A stretch of DNA of 64,000 bases from Chiloscyllium plagiosum (GCF_004010195.1 NC_057719.1:44971766-45035765), one strand, 5' to 3'. Counted from the stretch's first letter, positions 27,200 to 39,149 are shown. The notes: a model not told the origin generated them from the letters alone. Numbers and translations are program-made.

Positions 27200-28215
27200 A
27201 TCTCAGAAAAGATATTTGAAGGAGCTTAGAGGAATGTAGGAAGTAAAAGGATGAAATGAAAAAGGAAATAAAGAAAGCAAGGAGAGAATATGAAAAAAAA
27301 ACTGGCTGGTAAGTTAAGGAAAATCCCAAAAAGTTTTAATCATACATTAAGAGCAACAGGACGATGAAGAAAAGGTCTGGCACTATCAAAGATGTACATG
27401 GGAAGTTATGCTTAGGTATAGAAGATACAGACAGAGTTCTTAATGAGAACATTATCTTTGCAAAAGAGAAGGATGCTGCAGATGTTCAGTGAAGAAGTGA
27501 ATTGTGAAATATTACAGAAAATAAACATAATGAGAAAGGAAGTACTAGTGTGACTGACCTCCTTGAAAATAAATCTTCTTGGATAAATTACCAGGAATGA
27601 TGAATTATATTGTCGGCTCTTAAAGGAAGCAAGGGAAAAAGTAATAGATGTTCTGAGGATCACTTTCCAAACTTTATTAGATACAGACAATATATCAGAT
27701 AATTGGAGGTTTGCAAATAGTGCCATTACTCAAAGAGACTGTGAAGGATGAGCCCAATAATTCTTGGTTGGTCAGTCTGACCTCAGGATTGGGAAAAATC
27801 ACGAGAATAAAGACTGAGAGATAGGATTAACTGTTAGTTGTAAAGACATGGATTAATCCTGGATAGTCAGCATGGTTTCCTTAAGTGAGGTTAATGCCTG
27901 CTGACTTAATTACATTTTTGCAGACGTTGCAAGGAGGATTAATGAGGGTGGTGACATAGATGGTTCCTACATGCATTTTAATGAGGCATTTGGCAAGGTT
28001 CCATATGGCAGACTGTTCCAAAAAAAACTAAAATCCATGGGATATAGGGGATTGTGATGAGTTAGGTATAAAATTGGGGTCAGTGATATGAAGCAAAGGT
28101 TAATGGTGGAGGGGTGATCCTGCAAATTGCAAACAGTTTCCATTGGTGTTCCACTGGGCTCAGTACTGGCTATTAGCGGTATATTTGATGATTTGGACTT
28201 AAATGTGTGATGCGT
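27200..28215 (+). mobile_element. Old degenerate CR1 ORF2 fragment
   Basis: Decayed KENPK, NWRFAN, QHGF, AFGKVPYGRL and GVPLGSVL motifs. Confidence 0.75.
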
Positions 28216-28235
28216 GTTTTGGAAATTTGAAGTTA

Positions 28236-29274
28236 AGAGAGAGGATGGTGGTGGAGGGTTGTTTTTCAGACTGGAGGCCTGTGACCATTGGAGTGCCACA
28301 AGGATCGGTGCTGGGTCCTCTACTTTTTGTCATTTACATAAATGATTTGGATGTGAGCATAAGAGGTACAGTTAGTAAGTTTGCAGATGACACCAAAATT
28401 GCAGGTGTAGTGTACAGTGAAGAGGGTTACCTCAGATTACAACAGGATCTGGACCAGATGGGCCAATGGGCGCAGAAGGAGTTTAATTCAGATAAATGCG
28501 AGGTGCTGCATTTTGGGAAAGCAAATCTTAGCAGGACTTATACACTTAATGGTAAGGTCCTAGGGAGTGTTGCTGAACAAAGAGACCTTGGAGTGCAGGT
28601 TCATAGCTCCTTGAAAGTGGAGTTGCAGGTAGATAGGATAGTGAAGAAGACTCTTTTATTGGTCAGAGTATTGTGTACAGCAGTTGGGAGGTCATGTTAT
28701 GGTTGTAGAGGACATTGGTTAGGCCACTGTTGGAATATTGCGTGCAATTCTGGTCTCCTTCCTATCGGAAGGATGTTGTGAAACTTGAAAGAGTTTAGAA
28801 AAGATTTACAAGAATGTTGCCAGGGTTGGAGGATTTGAGCTCTAGAGAGAGGCTGAATAGGCTGGGGCTGTTTTCCCGGAGCGTCGGAGGTTGAGGGGTG
28901 GCCTTTTGGAGGTTTACAAAATCATGAATGGCATGGATAGGATAAATAGGCAAAGTCTTTTCCCTGGGGTCGGGGAGTCCAGAACTAGAGGGCATAGGTT
29001 TAGGGTGAGAGGGGAAAGATATAAAAGAGACCTAAGGGGCAACTTTTTGACACAGAGGGTGGTACGTGTGTGGAATGAGCTGCCAGAGGAAGTGGTGGAG
29101 GTTAGTACAATTGCAACATTTAAGAGGCAAGTGGATGGGTATATGAATAGGAAGGGTTTGGAGGGATATGGGCTGGGTGCTGCCGGTGGGACTAGTTTGG
29201 GTTGGGATATCTTGTCAGCATGGATAGGTTGGACCGAAGGGTCTGTTTCCATGCTGTACATCTCTATGACTCTA
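28236..29274 (+). mobile_element. Young CR1/HER1 3' fragment
   Basis: ORF 28203-28781 [32 protein letters not shown] 28891-29280; tail CTCTATGACTCTA. Confidence 0.95.
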
Positions 29275-29658
29275 AAATAGCCATTTATGTGATGGTGATG
29301 AAGCTGGCTGTACATGACCTTCAAATTGACTCCTGGGAATTTAATGGTTCTCATGCTATTTTTGCAGGATGTTAGGGACTATAGGAACAGGATCAAACAT
29401 GTGGGCTTTTCATAACCTTTCAGGATTTTGGTTGCCTCCATTGCAGCACCTTAAGTGGTCACAGTTTTAGCTGATTATGGTTTTTTTGCTTGACTACAAT
29501 AGTGGAGCTGTTGAACAGTTCCTGCTTTCCCAAGTTTATGTGAAACTTTGCCTATAAAGGTGTTATTTTGGCCTGGAAGTGGACAGCAGGTTTGAAAAGG
29601 AAAATGAAATTGTTAGGAACTGATGAGAGCTAATGCTGGATGGGCTCTTATTTTCTGG

Positions 29659-29777
29659 AACTTTATTGCTGGAACAGCACAGCAGGTCAGGCAGCATCTA
29701 TGCTGCCTGACCTGCTGTGCTGTTCCAGCAATAAAGTTTCAGCTTTGATCTCCAGCGTCTGCAGACCTCACTTTCTC
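29659..29777 (+). mobile_element. Miniature fold-back Penelope-like insertion with 14-bp TSD
   Basis: Perfect 39-bp inverted repeat (29659-29697 / 29700-29738, 2-nt spacer) plus a 39-nt tail; TSD CTCTTATTTTCTGG at 29645-29658 and 29778-29791. Confidence 0.9.
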
Positions 29778-30121
29778 CTCTTATTTTCTGGCCCAGTTTC
29801 CAGGGTGTAATCGGCCCTTTGACCTCCTGAAGAAATCGTCTGCAGCAACAATGAATTGTGGGGTTCTGTTTAAGTTTGGCCCCCACTCCCCAGGGTTGGC
29901 TATTCATTGTTCCAGCACACACTGCAGCAGGTGGACTTAGATTATGATACTGAGACTCAATACGTGCTGGTTGGATTGAGGTGTGATATCTCAAGACAAA
30001 GACGCTTTGTGTGGGATTCCTACACTTAAATACTTTATTGTTTCACTACTATATCTGTCCTTCTACTAAGTTAAAAATCACACAACACCAGATTATAGTC
30101 CAACAGGTTTAATTGGAAGCA

Positions 30122-30156
30122 CACTAGCTTTCGGAGCGTCGCTCCTTCATCAGGTG
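30122..30156 (-). ncRNA. Minimal type I hammerhead ribozyme motif
   Basis: Minus strand: CAC-CTGATGA-A-GGAGC GAC GCTCC-GAAA-GC-TA-GTG (stem I CAC/GTG, intact core, stem II, palindromic AGCT stem III). Confidence 0.75.
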
Positions 30157-30500
30157 ATAGTGGAGGGCTCAATCCTAACACACAGAATTTAGAGCAAAAA
30201 TTTACAGTGTGATGTAACTGAAATTATACGTTGAAAAATTGATTGTTAAGTCTTTCATCTGTTTGAATACCATGATTGTTTCACTTCTTTTATGTGTAAA
30301 TCACAAAACCTTTTTTTTAAAGTTTTTTAAAAAAAAATAAAGAAAAGGTTTTGTGATTTACACATAAAAGAAGTGAAACAATCATGGTATTCGAACAGAT
30401 GAAAGACTTAACAATCAATTTTTCAATGTATAATTTCAGTTACATCACACTGTAAATTTTTGCTCTAAATTCTGTGTGTTAGGATTGAGCCCTCCACTAT

Positions 30501-30535
30501 CACCTGATGAAGGAGAGATGCTCCGAAAGCTAGTG
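30501..30535 (+). ncRNA. Minimal type I hammerhead ribozyme motif
   Basis: CAC-CTGATGA-A-GGAG AGATG CTCC-GAAA-GC-TA-GTG. Confidence 0.75.
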
Positions 30536-31093
30536 TGCTTCCAATTAAACCTGTTGGACTATAACCTGGTGTTGTGTGATTTTTAAGTTTGTACACCCCA
30601 GTCCAACACCGGCATCTCCAAATCATGTCCTTCTACTGCATGTGAAAGAGTTGAAGCTTGTTTATTTCAGAGTCAAACCTTCAAAACTCTGTATCTACAA
30701 TATCAGTATGTTGGCATTCTATTTGTCTCAGATGTACCAATTGTTCAATAAAAAGTGATACAACAATAATGTGTGTTCTATATTTGAAGATAAGATGATA
30801 TCGATTTGATGTGTACTAAGGGACAATGTAGAAAAGTGTGATTTGATATGTTTACTGCTCTATTCTGTGTTCAGAGTTATGGTACCACTTTGGTAATGAT
30901 TGACAACAGTTTAAAGTTACCCCCTTAAAGTTACATGTACATAACAACTAGTGGTTGTTAAGGGAAACATTTGGTCACCCCAGTTGACCCATCATTGCCC
31001 AGGGTCTGTAAATGGTGAACAGGAGGCCCACTTATTTTCAATGGGAATCTGCTTAAGTTAGTAACTCGGAGGGCTTTTTAAAAAAAAATACTT

Positions 31094-31212
31094 ATTTTTC
31101 TGATCAACCTGTTCAGAGATGTTATCACACAGCTCTGGAGCAAATGGGACTTGAGCCCAGGTGTTTTAGTACAGGGGTTGGGGGCACTGTAAGTCTGCCA
31201 CAAGAGGGCCCT
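31094..31212 (-). mobile_element. Short (~115 bp) tRNA-derived SINE
   Basis: Reverse complement aligns with 32349-32464 (CTCCAGAG.TGTGT..TAACATCTCTGAA..AGAAAATA). Confidence 0.55.
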
Positions 31213-31391
31213 GGACATCTATATATAATGCTGTCAGGTACTGATTCAATCAAGAGCCCTGAAATGGGTCACTGATGGCTGCTCAAAAAGAGGCTCAGAA
31301 ATATTTTTTGTAGAGCCATTAGGAACACATGGTCAGCATCACTCCAGATTAACCCCGGTCCTCCAGCAATGGAAGAATGTTTTCATGTTTT

Positions 31392-31697
31392 GGGCAGCAC
31401 AGTGGTTAGCACTGCTGCCTCACAGCGTCTGAGACCCAGGTTCAATTCCCGCCTCAGGCGACTGTGTGGAGTTTGCACATTCTCCCCATGTCTGCGTGGG
31501 TTTCCTCCGGGTGCTCTGACTTCCTCCCACAGTCCAAAAATGTGCAGGTTAGGTGAATTGGCCATGCTATATTGCCCGTAGTGTTAGGTAAGGGGTAAAT
31601 GTAGGTGAATGGGTATGGGTGGGTTGCGCTTCGGCAGGTCGGTGTGGACTTGTTGGGCCGAAGGGCCTGTTTCCACACTGTAAGTAATCTAATCTAA
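31392..31697 (+). mobile_element. HE1-type V-SINE
   Basis: GGGCAGCAC head, GGTTCAATTCC B-box, V-domain core, (TAATC)n tail; near-identical to 33098-33407. Confidence 0.93.
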
Positions 31698-31829
31698 AAT
31701 GTCTGCAACAAACTAACAACACGCAAATGAGATGCAAAGCCAGAAGTGGTCTGGAACTGTTGACTCTCTTGTATTGGGCTCACTTTGGATATTATGACAG
31801 TGCCTCTGTGGTAGCATTCCCAGCTTTGA

Positions 31830-32040
31830 AACTCTCTGCCTCAGAAAGGTAATGGAGGCAGAGTCACTGAATATACTTAAGAGAGAGGCAGACAGATTCT
31901 TGTTAGGCAAATGAAGCAAAGATTATTGGAAATAAATAGGAAAGTGGAACTCAGGACTCCAACAGATCAGTCATGATCTTATTGATTAGCAGGGCAGTTT
32001 GAAGGACTGTGTGGCATACTTCTGCTCCTAATTTGCTATT
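31830..32040 (+). mobile_element. Old CR1 3' tail
   Basis: CTCTCTGCCTCAGAAAGG..GAGGCAGAGTCACTGAATAT..CAGATCAGTCATGATCTTATTGA. Confidence 0.65.
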
Positions 32041-32049
32041 TGAATGAAT

Positions 32050-32560
32050 AGTCAATTCAAGTTTTGCTTCAGAGACCCAGAGCACCAAATCTAGGCTGAC
32101 ATTCTCTGTGGAATACCGAAGGAGTGCTGCACTGTTGAAGATGAAGTTTTTCAGGTGAGGCATTTAACTGAAGCCCCTTTTGTCTTCTTACTTGGATGTA
32201 AAAGACTTCCACTGCTTCAAGGAAGGATTCTGGAATTCTCCCGGATATCCTAGCCAATACTTATCACTAAAAAAATCATCATTGTCACATTGATATTTTT
32301 GGGAGTTTGCTGTACACAGATTTCCTACATAATATCAGTGAAAACACTAGAGCTCTGGCTCAGTAGTAGTATCCCTACCTCTGAACAAGGAGGCCTGCGT
32401 TCACGAACCATCTACTCCAGAGGTGTGTAGTAACATCTCTGAATGTACTGAGTAGAAAATACCGATCAGTGAATACACTGTTGTACTGCCTTGGCTGGAA
32501 AGTGCTTTGGCATGTTCTGAGATCATGTGCCAAGAGATTTAGAGGTACAGATTTATATAA
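32050..32560 (+). mobile_element. Degenerate Deu-domain SINE (SacSINE1/AmnSINE1-like)
   Basis: CAAATCTAGGCTGACA..GGAGTGCTGCACTGT..GGATGTAAAAGA..TCCTAGCCAATA..TTTCCTACAT..AAGTGCTTTGG follows the recalled Deu-SINE consensus. Confidence 0.7.
32349..32464 (+). mobile_element. Short tRNA-derived SINE nested in the Deu-SINE, with 15-bp TSD
   Basis: TSD ATCAGTGAA(A/T)ACACT at 32334-32348 and 32465-32479; TGGCTCAGTAG A-box-like and GTTCAC B-box-like motifs. Confidence 0.7.
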
Positions 32561-33014
32561 ATCTCATGATGCAGATTAATGAATCATCTTTTTAAAAAAA
32601 GCATTAGGGTTCAATTCCAGATAGCAAAGAATTAATGTCAAAGCCATATAAAATCTTGGTCAGACCACACCAGGACCCTGTTCAGACTTTCATGCTGGGA
32701 ATTCTCGGTGTCTATTTTCTCTCTGGCTGGTTGGAGGATGGGGTGAGATTAAGATAATACATGATAATTGATCTGTTGGCATCACTAGTGACAATCCCTA
32801 CTCAATGCCTCAGATCTGGTTGGAATCTTTCAGTCTCAATGCTCAATGTCTCACCCAATTTCCCCAAATTTCTTGCCATTCCCCTTGTCATTCATGGACT
32901 GAGAAGATTCTACCCTATGTTTCAGGGCTTAAGCAAGCAAAAGGAGGAATGGCCAAAAAAGAACAGATGGGAAGCTGGGATGAAATGGAAAGCAGGAGAG
33001 ATTAAAGCAGAGGT

Positions 33015-33449
33015 CCACTGAAGATGTTACCTAGTAAGGTAATAAAACATCTGGAAATGAACTTTTCAGCTCAATGAGCAAACCTACATCCATTAATGGG
33101 CGGCACGTTGGCACAGTGGTTAGCACTGCTGCCTCACAGCGCCTGAGACCTGGGTTCAATTCCCACCTCAGGCGACTGACTGTGTGGAGTTTGCACGTTC
33201 TCCCCGTGTCTGCGTGGGTTTCCTCCGGGTGCTCCGGTTTCCTCCCACAGTCCAAAGATGTGCAGGTCAGGTGAATTGGCCATGCTAAATTGCCCTTGGT
33301 GTTAGGTAAGGGGTAAATGTAGGGGTATGGGTGGGTTGCGCTTCGGCGGGTCGGCGTGGACTTGTTGGGCCGAAGGGCCTGTTTCCACACTCTAATGTAA
33401 TCTAATCAAAACATCAACCTGAGCTCCAAATCTTCTCAAAGCTCACTAG
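33015..33449 (+). mobile_element. Penelope-like pseudo-LTR end (hammerhead to terminus) split by an HE1 SINE
   Basis: 33015-33091 plus 33407-33449 together match the reverse complement of 59840-59958 (CCACTGAAGATGTTACCTAGTA..AAACCTACATCC|AAAAC.TCAACCTGAGCT.CAAATC). Confidence 0.8.
33098..33407 (+). mobile_element. Young HE1-type V-SINE
   Basis: GGGCGGCAC head, GGGTTCAATTCCC B-box, intact V-domain, retained CpGs, TAATCTAATC tail. Confidence 0.95.
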
Positions 33450-33637
33450 GAGAGATTACAATTATAAAAGAGTTGTTCAGAACCAAATGAGTGGTAATGA
33501 AAAGAAATGAAAGCTATATAATATCTAGTGGAAGGGTAAATGCCAAGACTGATGAACAGCTGCCAACCAAAACCAAGAACAAAGGAAAGGCAGAACAAAA
33601 ACCAAAACCTCCAATGAAGAGGAAACAAAACAGGGCT

Positions 33638-34268
33638 CAGAGACATACAGCATAGAAACCAACCCTTCGGTCCAACTCGTCCATGCTGACCAAGTTTCCC
33701 AAACTAAACTCATCCCACTTACCTGCATTTGGTCCATATCCCTTCAAAGTTTTCCTTTACATGTACCTATCCAAACATCTTTTAAGTGTTGTAATTGTAT
33801 TTGCACCTGCCACTTCCTCAGTTCATACCACATACTAACCACCTTCTGTGTGAAAAGTTGCCCATAAGGTCCCTTTTAAATCTTTCTCCTTTCATGATAA
33901 AAAATATGTCCCTGGTTTTGAACTCCCCCCACCCCATCTTTGTATTTCACCTTATCAATGCCCCTCATGATTTTATAAACCTCTGTAAGGTTAGTCTTCA
34001 ACCTCCTGTGCTCCAGTGAAAAAGGTTCCAGCCTAATGCTCTAGTGTCAGCAACACCCTGGGAAATCTTTTCCAAACTCTCCCCAATTTAATAACATCCT
34101 TCCTACAGCAGGGTGATCAGAACTGTACACAGTCCTCCAAAAGTGGCTTCTGCAAAGCCCTGTACAACCTCAACATGACATCCCAGCTCAATGGTCTGAG
34201 CAACGAAAGCAAGCATGCTAAACACCCTCTGAACCATCATGTCTACCTGAGACACAACTTTCAAAGAA
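33638..34268 (-). mobile_element. CR1 3' fragment
   Basis: Collinear with 15682-16469. Confidence 0.85.
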
Positions 34269-34319
34269 CGTATAGTCTGAAAATTTTGAACTCAATGTTG
34301 ACTTAATTACCAAGAATTC

Positions 34320-34580
34320 CAATAGGGAATCAGAAAGAACATCATTACCCATAGAGTGGTGAGAACAAAGAACCCGCTACCTCGGAGAGTGACTAAATGG
34401 AGTAGCATAGATATCTTAATGGTTAAAATAGATCATCGTAGCAGGCAGAAGGGAATAGATAGTTACAGTGGCAGATTTAAATGACAAAAGATGTGAGAAG
34501 GTGCAAGTTGAGAACATTCACTGGCTTGAAGCTGGTTATATCAAGTGACTTGTTTCTGTGCTGTATATCTGATGTAATCT
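34320..34580 (+). mobile_element. Old CR1 3' tail
   Basis: ACCCATAGAGTGGTGAGAAC..GACTTGTTTCTGTGCTGTATAT. Confidence 0.55.
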
Positions 34581-35769
34581 TGAGCAATCTCCTGATTACA
34601 GAATGCCTGATCATAAGGTGATGTACTGTTCCCCACTGCAGACCTAGATTGAATTTAATTGGAACGCTGCAAGTGACTGAGAAAAGAGAGGTCAGCAAGA
34701 CAGCAAGGTGAAAAAAGAAAATAACAGATGACTAAAACTAAATGCATGTTTGCATTAAACAGCAACTTACATCTTTCAATTTAGCATAATGTACTCTCTG
34801 CTTGTGATATGGTCCACTTTACATTTGGGCGATCAAATACAGTTCAGATGACTACTCTGAAGGACACCTCTTTTCAATTATGCTATTTGGATAGCTCCAA
34901 TTTCAGTGTTCCTGGTCAACCTATCCCCCAATAAGAGCAGTATTCACTATGACATTTGTCAACTGCAAACTTTTGATTTGTTTATCCGCTTCAGAAAGGC
35001 TACAAAATCATTAATGTAGCAAAAAGCAAAAAACTCAAACTTGACTGATTACAGGTGAGTTTCTGACAATTAGGTTAAGGTACATGGATGCAGCCTGATT
35101 CAAGCATTTCTTTGCACTTTGCATGTTCTATTTGCTGTACTAACATGGAATATTGACACTACATGCCAAATGAAAAAAAGATTAACTTTGACTGGAAGAA
35201 AATGAGCTGTTCTTGAGTTTTATGTGTATTTTGGGCTGACTGATGACAAAGCCCAGAGGAGATGCAGCTTTGAAGAACAGCTGCAAAACGATAAATTATT
35301 TGACAAATGTCAGTTTGCACAAGCCTGTAGCCTATGGTTTCTGTTTTGTTAAGTAAGCATGAATATATTTTCCAGCATTGACATCCAATCAAATCTCACA
35401 GTTCTAGTTAAATGTCTAAAGAATTGCAATTTTTTTAAGTTTGACAGTTTTACTACCTCTAGCACACGAGAGTTGATACATCTTGAAACATTTCATTTTA
35501 AAGATAACAGCATCCAGCAATGTACATTGGAACTAGACTGGGGATATATTTAGAAAGTATTTTTTCTTCTAAAATCCCCCACCTCTTTCTGATAAAATGT
35601 TGGTGCTCTAGAAGATTGAACAATCCTGTAAAGCTTTGAGGTTAGTGAAAGACTAAGTTGTCTCTAACCAAATCACAAAAAGAGAAGAAAATGTTTGTAG
35701 CAAACTCATGGGGTCAGTTATTCATAACAACATGCATGGCCCATAATCTGGTGTATAGGTGCCATTTTC

Positions 35770-36096
35770 TAATTCATAGAATCCCTACAGCACAGAAACA
35801 CTGACCCTCCAAAGGGTATCCCACCCAAACCCATTCTCCTAACAGTCTATATTTACCCCTGACTAATGCAACTAACCTACACTATGGGTAATGCAACTAC
35901 CCTACACTATGGGTAATTTAGCACAACCAATTCACCCAACCCACATCTTTAGGGAGTGGAAGTAAACAGAGCACCAGGAGGAAACTCACACTGCAAGCCA
36001 AGCTCTGACACAGACAATTGCCTGGGGCTGGAATATGAACCTGCATCCCCAGTGGTGTGAGACAGCAGTGCTAACCACTGAGCCACTGTGCTGCCT
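35770..36096 (-). mobile_element. Degenerate HE1-type SINE with a 25-bp internal tandem duplication
   Basis: GACAGCAGTGCTAACCACTGAGCCACTGTGCTGCC is the reverse-complement head; TAATGCAACTA.CCTACACTATGGG occurs twice at 35864-35913. Confidence 0.8.
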
Positions 36097-36126
36097 GTCT
36101 AGCTGGTTTCATTTGTCACCTATCAA

Positions 36127-36744
36127 AGTTACAATATGACGATGGGAGTATTTTAAGGTATATTTTGTCCTAGTTTTTTTCTGAAGCAAGATTGAGTGGT
36201 CTGCTCAAAGTCAATAAAGTAAACAGCTTGTGAGGCCTTAGAGATTCTTTTCAAAAGTTGGAACAAGGAAGCAGCCTGAATGGGTGACCGTGATTTTTAG
36301 TTATAGCTTTCAGTAGTTGATGGGGTCTTGAAGCTGGATGTGGAAGCCCTTATTCCTCTCTCTGTTACAGATGAAAGCTGGGGTTCTCTTCCTGCTACTA
36401 GAATTGCATGTGAGACGATCTATTTTACTGAATTTGCTTTTGCCAACGGTGTGCTTATGGGTGTCACTCTTCTAGAACAATTAATTAGTAGTAGTTAATA
36501 TACAAAGTATTTTGTTAAGCAATTCAAAAGTTACAGTTAAGCCAATTATTTTGTTTTATTCGTATTTTGTCTGTATTTTAACTGTAATGTAAAATAAATT
36601 GTGTTTTTCTTAAAGTTGAGTAGTTTGACCAATCAAATTGCATCTGGAATGAAATGCCTTAGATTTACCTTTAAATAATAAAAAGTTAAGGTCTGGGTTA
36701 TCTTCTTAATGTATGTTGAGGGCAGTTTGATCTGGTCCATAACA
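36127..36744 (+). mobile_element. Solo LTR, same family as 1121-1724
   Basis: End-to-end homology with 1121-1724; AATAAA in the 3' part; ends GGTCCATAACA. Confidence 0.8.
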
Positions 36745-37369
36745 AAAATGGTAAGTAAACCACTCACAGATCTTTAGACCATTATGATTCAATATTACAT
36801 TCTGGTGAAGCTATTTGTTTGAGACCAGACCAAGAACTGGCATTGTGAAGCCAGTGCCACTTGTTCTAAAATCCATTCAGATGCCTGAAAACATAAGCTT
36901 TACAAATTGGCTTTTCAGTCACACATACTCATTTCTACTTATTTATCTTTTTTTTAATCCCTCATTCTTTTCGTTAATTTTATTTTTAATTTATACACTT
37001 GATTTCGTGGAAAGGTTTCATTATATCAAAACTATAAATTACATGACAATTACGCTGCATCTACTCATTGCAATTGCTATAGTTTGCTTAACTATATGTG
37101 ATAAAACTAATAAAATTATAATGTGTCCTGATTTAAATTGTTATTATTTTAATTGGAAAAAAGCAAGAATATAAAGCTCAATCCTAAAGGCAGCATCGTG
37201 GTCTAGATTTTAAAACTACAATTGCATTTTACAAGGTTTCATTATGACAGATAGTGATGCATTTAATTTGATGTTTTGTTGAAGATTTTTGGTGCGAAGG
37301 AATAAATTATTTTCCATGCAATTTTCACGTCATACTTAGCAAAGTAGAATGTACAATAGGAATCCCTGA

Positions 37370-37475
37370 ACTTCTGCAGAGGAGTCATACTGGACTCAAA
37401 ATGTTAACTTTGTTTCTCTCGCCACTGATGCCACCAGATCTCTGGAGTTTCTGCAGCATTCTCTATATTTGTCCT
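37370..37475 (+). mobile_element. Old Penelope-like pseudo-LTR scrap
   Basis: CTGCAGAGGAGTCA..GACTCAAAATGTTAACT..GATGCCACCAGATCTCTGGAGTTTC resembles the 26494 and 58543 family, with a decayed hammerhead. Confidence 0.5.
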
Positions 37476-39149
37476 CACCAGTCTTCTGATTAACAGTATT
37501 TTTGGATCACAACTATTCACCAGTAATGTAGCTTAGTACATTAACGATGCCAATTGTTGGCCTTTTGATTTGTTGAACAAATCCTTTATGGTTTCCACTA
37601 TTCCCCAATTTCCCATTTCTCATAGCATTGTGAGCTGCTTGTAAATAATGCACTCCCATATTCTTTGAAGAACTTCAACATCTTCTACCAAAACATATAC
37701 TGCGTTTCCTGATAATATTGGTATTGTGTTTTCTTGGTGGGTAAAGACAACATTTATGGAATAGACATGGTTATGCATCATGCAATATGAATGTCATGCA
37801 TGCGCAGACATGGCCACAGAAAACATTTGTGCACAATGTCACCATGCTCAGTGTGCAGAGAGCATATCATCAGGGTTGTGGAGGTGAGGCGGAAGCTGGA
37901 GCCCTGGTGGGAGTAGGAGCATAGGCTGAAGGCCAGCAGTGGGTGTCAGGGGTCAAGGTGCGAAGGTTGATAGTAGAAATAAGGGGCGGAGACAAGAATG
38001 GGAACGGAGGTGGTGGAATGAGAATGAGAACTGGAGAGTGAGAACTGGAGAGGAAGCTGGTGGGAAGCATCAGCATCTGCCCTCTCTACTTGTTGCACAA
38101 CTCTCTCTAAGACATCACTGCTGATCTTATAGGGGTAGTCCTCGCACACTCCCCTACTCCCAATGATTCACTCTTCAGCAGCATGCCAATTCCCTGATGT
38201 CATGTTGTGATAGAGTGCTTCTCTGCTCTTTACAGGCCATCCTCACTACAAACACAACCCAGAATTTACGATGTGTTTCATTTCACAATTCTCTGGTTGT
38301 GAGGAAATTATTCTACCTACAATCAATAGGACTCACGACATTACTCAAAGAGGAGAAGATGAGTTGTGCAGTATTCTAGCCAATATCTAACACTTACCTC
38401 ACTGCTGCTTCTCGGACTTTACTGCGTGTCCATTACTGCCATCTTTGTGTACATTACAACAAGAACAAAACACCAATTCCTTAGCTGTGAAGTGCAGCTC
38501 AACATCCTGGAGACTACCGTGGTGCTATAAAAATACAACTCTGTACTTACTTTTTCTATTTTCTCTATAAATCATTTTCTGGACTTCTAAAAGGAAAACT
38601 TTAGAATGAAGTGAATCAAAGATTCAACCAAATTTACTTTCTGCCTGTCTCAGTCAAGACTGTTCTCAGTGAGCTTGATTACCCTTACAATAACCTCAAG
38701 CAGCTCTACAAACTTGGATATGGCGCATTAATATGTGAATTCAAAGCCAACTAGCTTATTAAATAAATCCATCTTGGATTGTCAATTCCTTTGCACTGAC
38801 CCACCACAGTGTGATTCAGCCATACAGCTTTAATCTCTCTTTGCATGGATTGTTCTATGATCAGTTTACTGATCTGCTTTTCTGAAACATGTTTTTTTTT
38901 AATCTGATTTTCTGTAGCTGAAATGCACGGTAAAATTCCATTCACGTCTGCCTTTGTCTCTGCCTGGAAGCTTTGATCATTTGCAGTGCTGCCGCTGCTG
39001 GAGCCGGTGATGCAATAGCAGTTGATATCAGATTATTGTCTGGAACATGTGAAATAACACTTTATACAAAACTCCCATGAGACAAAGATGAAATTGTTAT
39101 ATTTTCAGGGGAAGCGTTTCAATATTCTGTAGCCAAGAAGTGATACTTC

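Larger units (their letters stand above)
30068..30625. mobile_element. Penelope-like inverted pseudo-LTR pair (~245-bp arms) with 12-bp TSD
   Basis: Arms ~30071-30314 and ~30343-30586 are near-perfect reverse complements; TSD TGTCCTTCTACT at 30056-30067 and 30626-30637; hammerhead motif in each arm. Confidence 0.92.

Noticed and set aside
29659..29738. miRNA gene or DNA-transposon MITE
   Set aside because: The 14-bp TSD, one-sided tail and identity with a hammerhead-adjacent PLE segment explain it as a PLE fold-back.
31392..31465. tRNA genes at SINE heads
   Set aside because: The A/B boxes run directly into the V-domain and LINE tail, so these are SINEs, not tRNAs.
36815..37174. 119-aa hydrophobic ORF
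   Set aside because: An artefact of T-rich composition with a non-ATG start.
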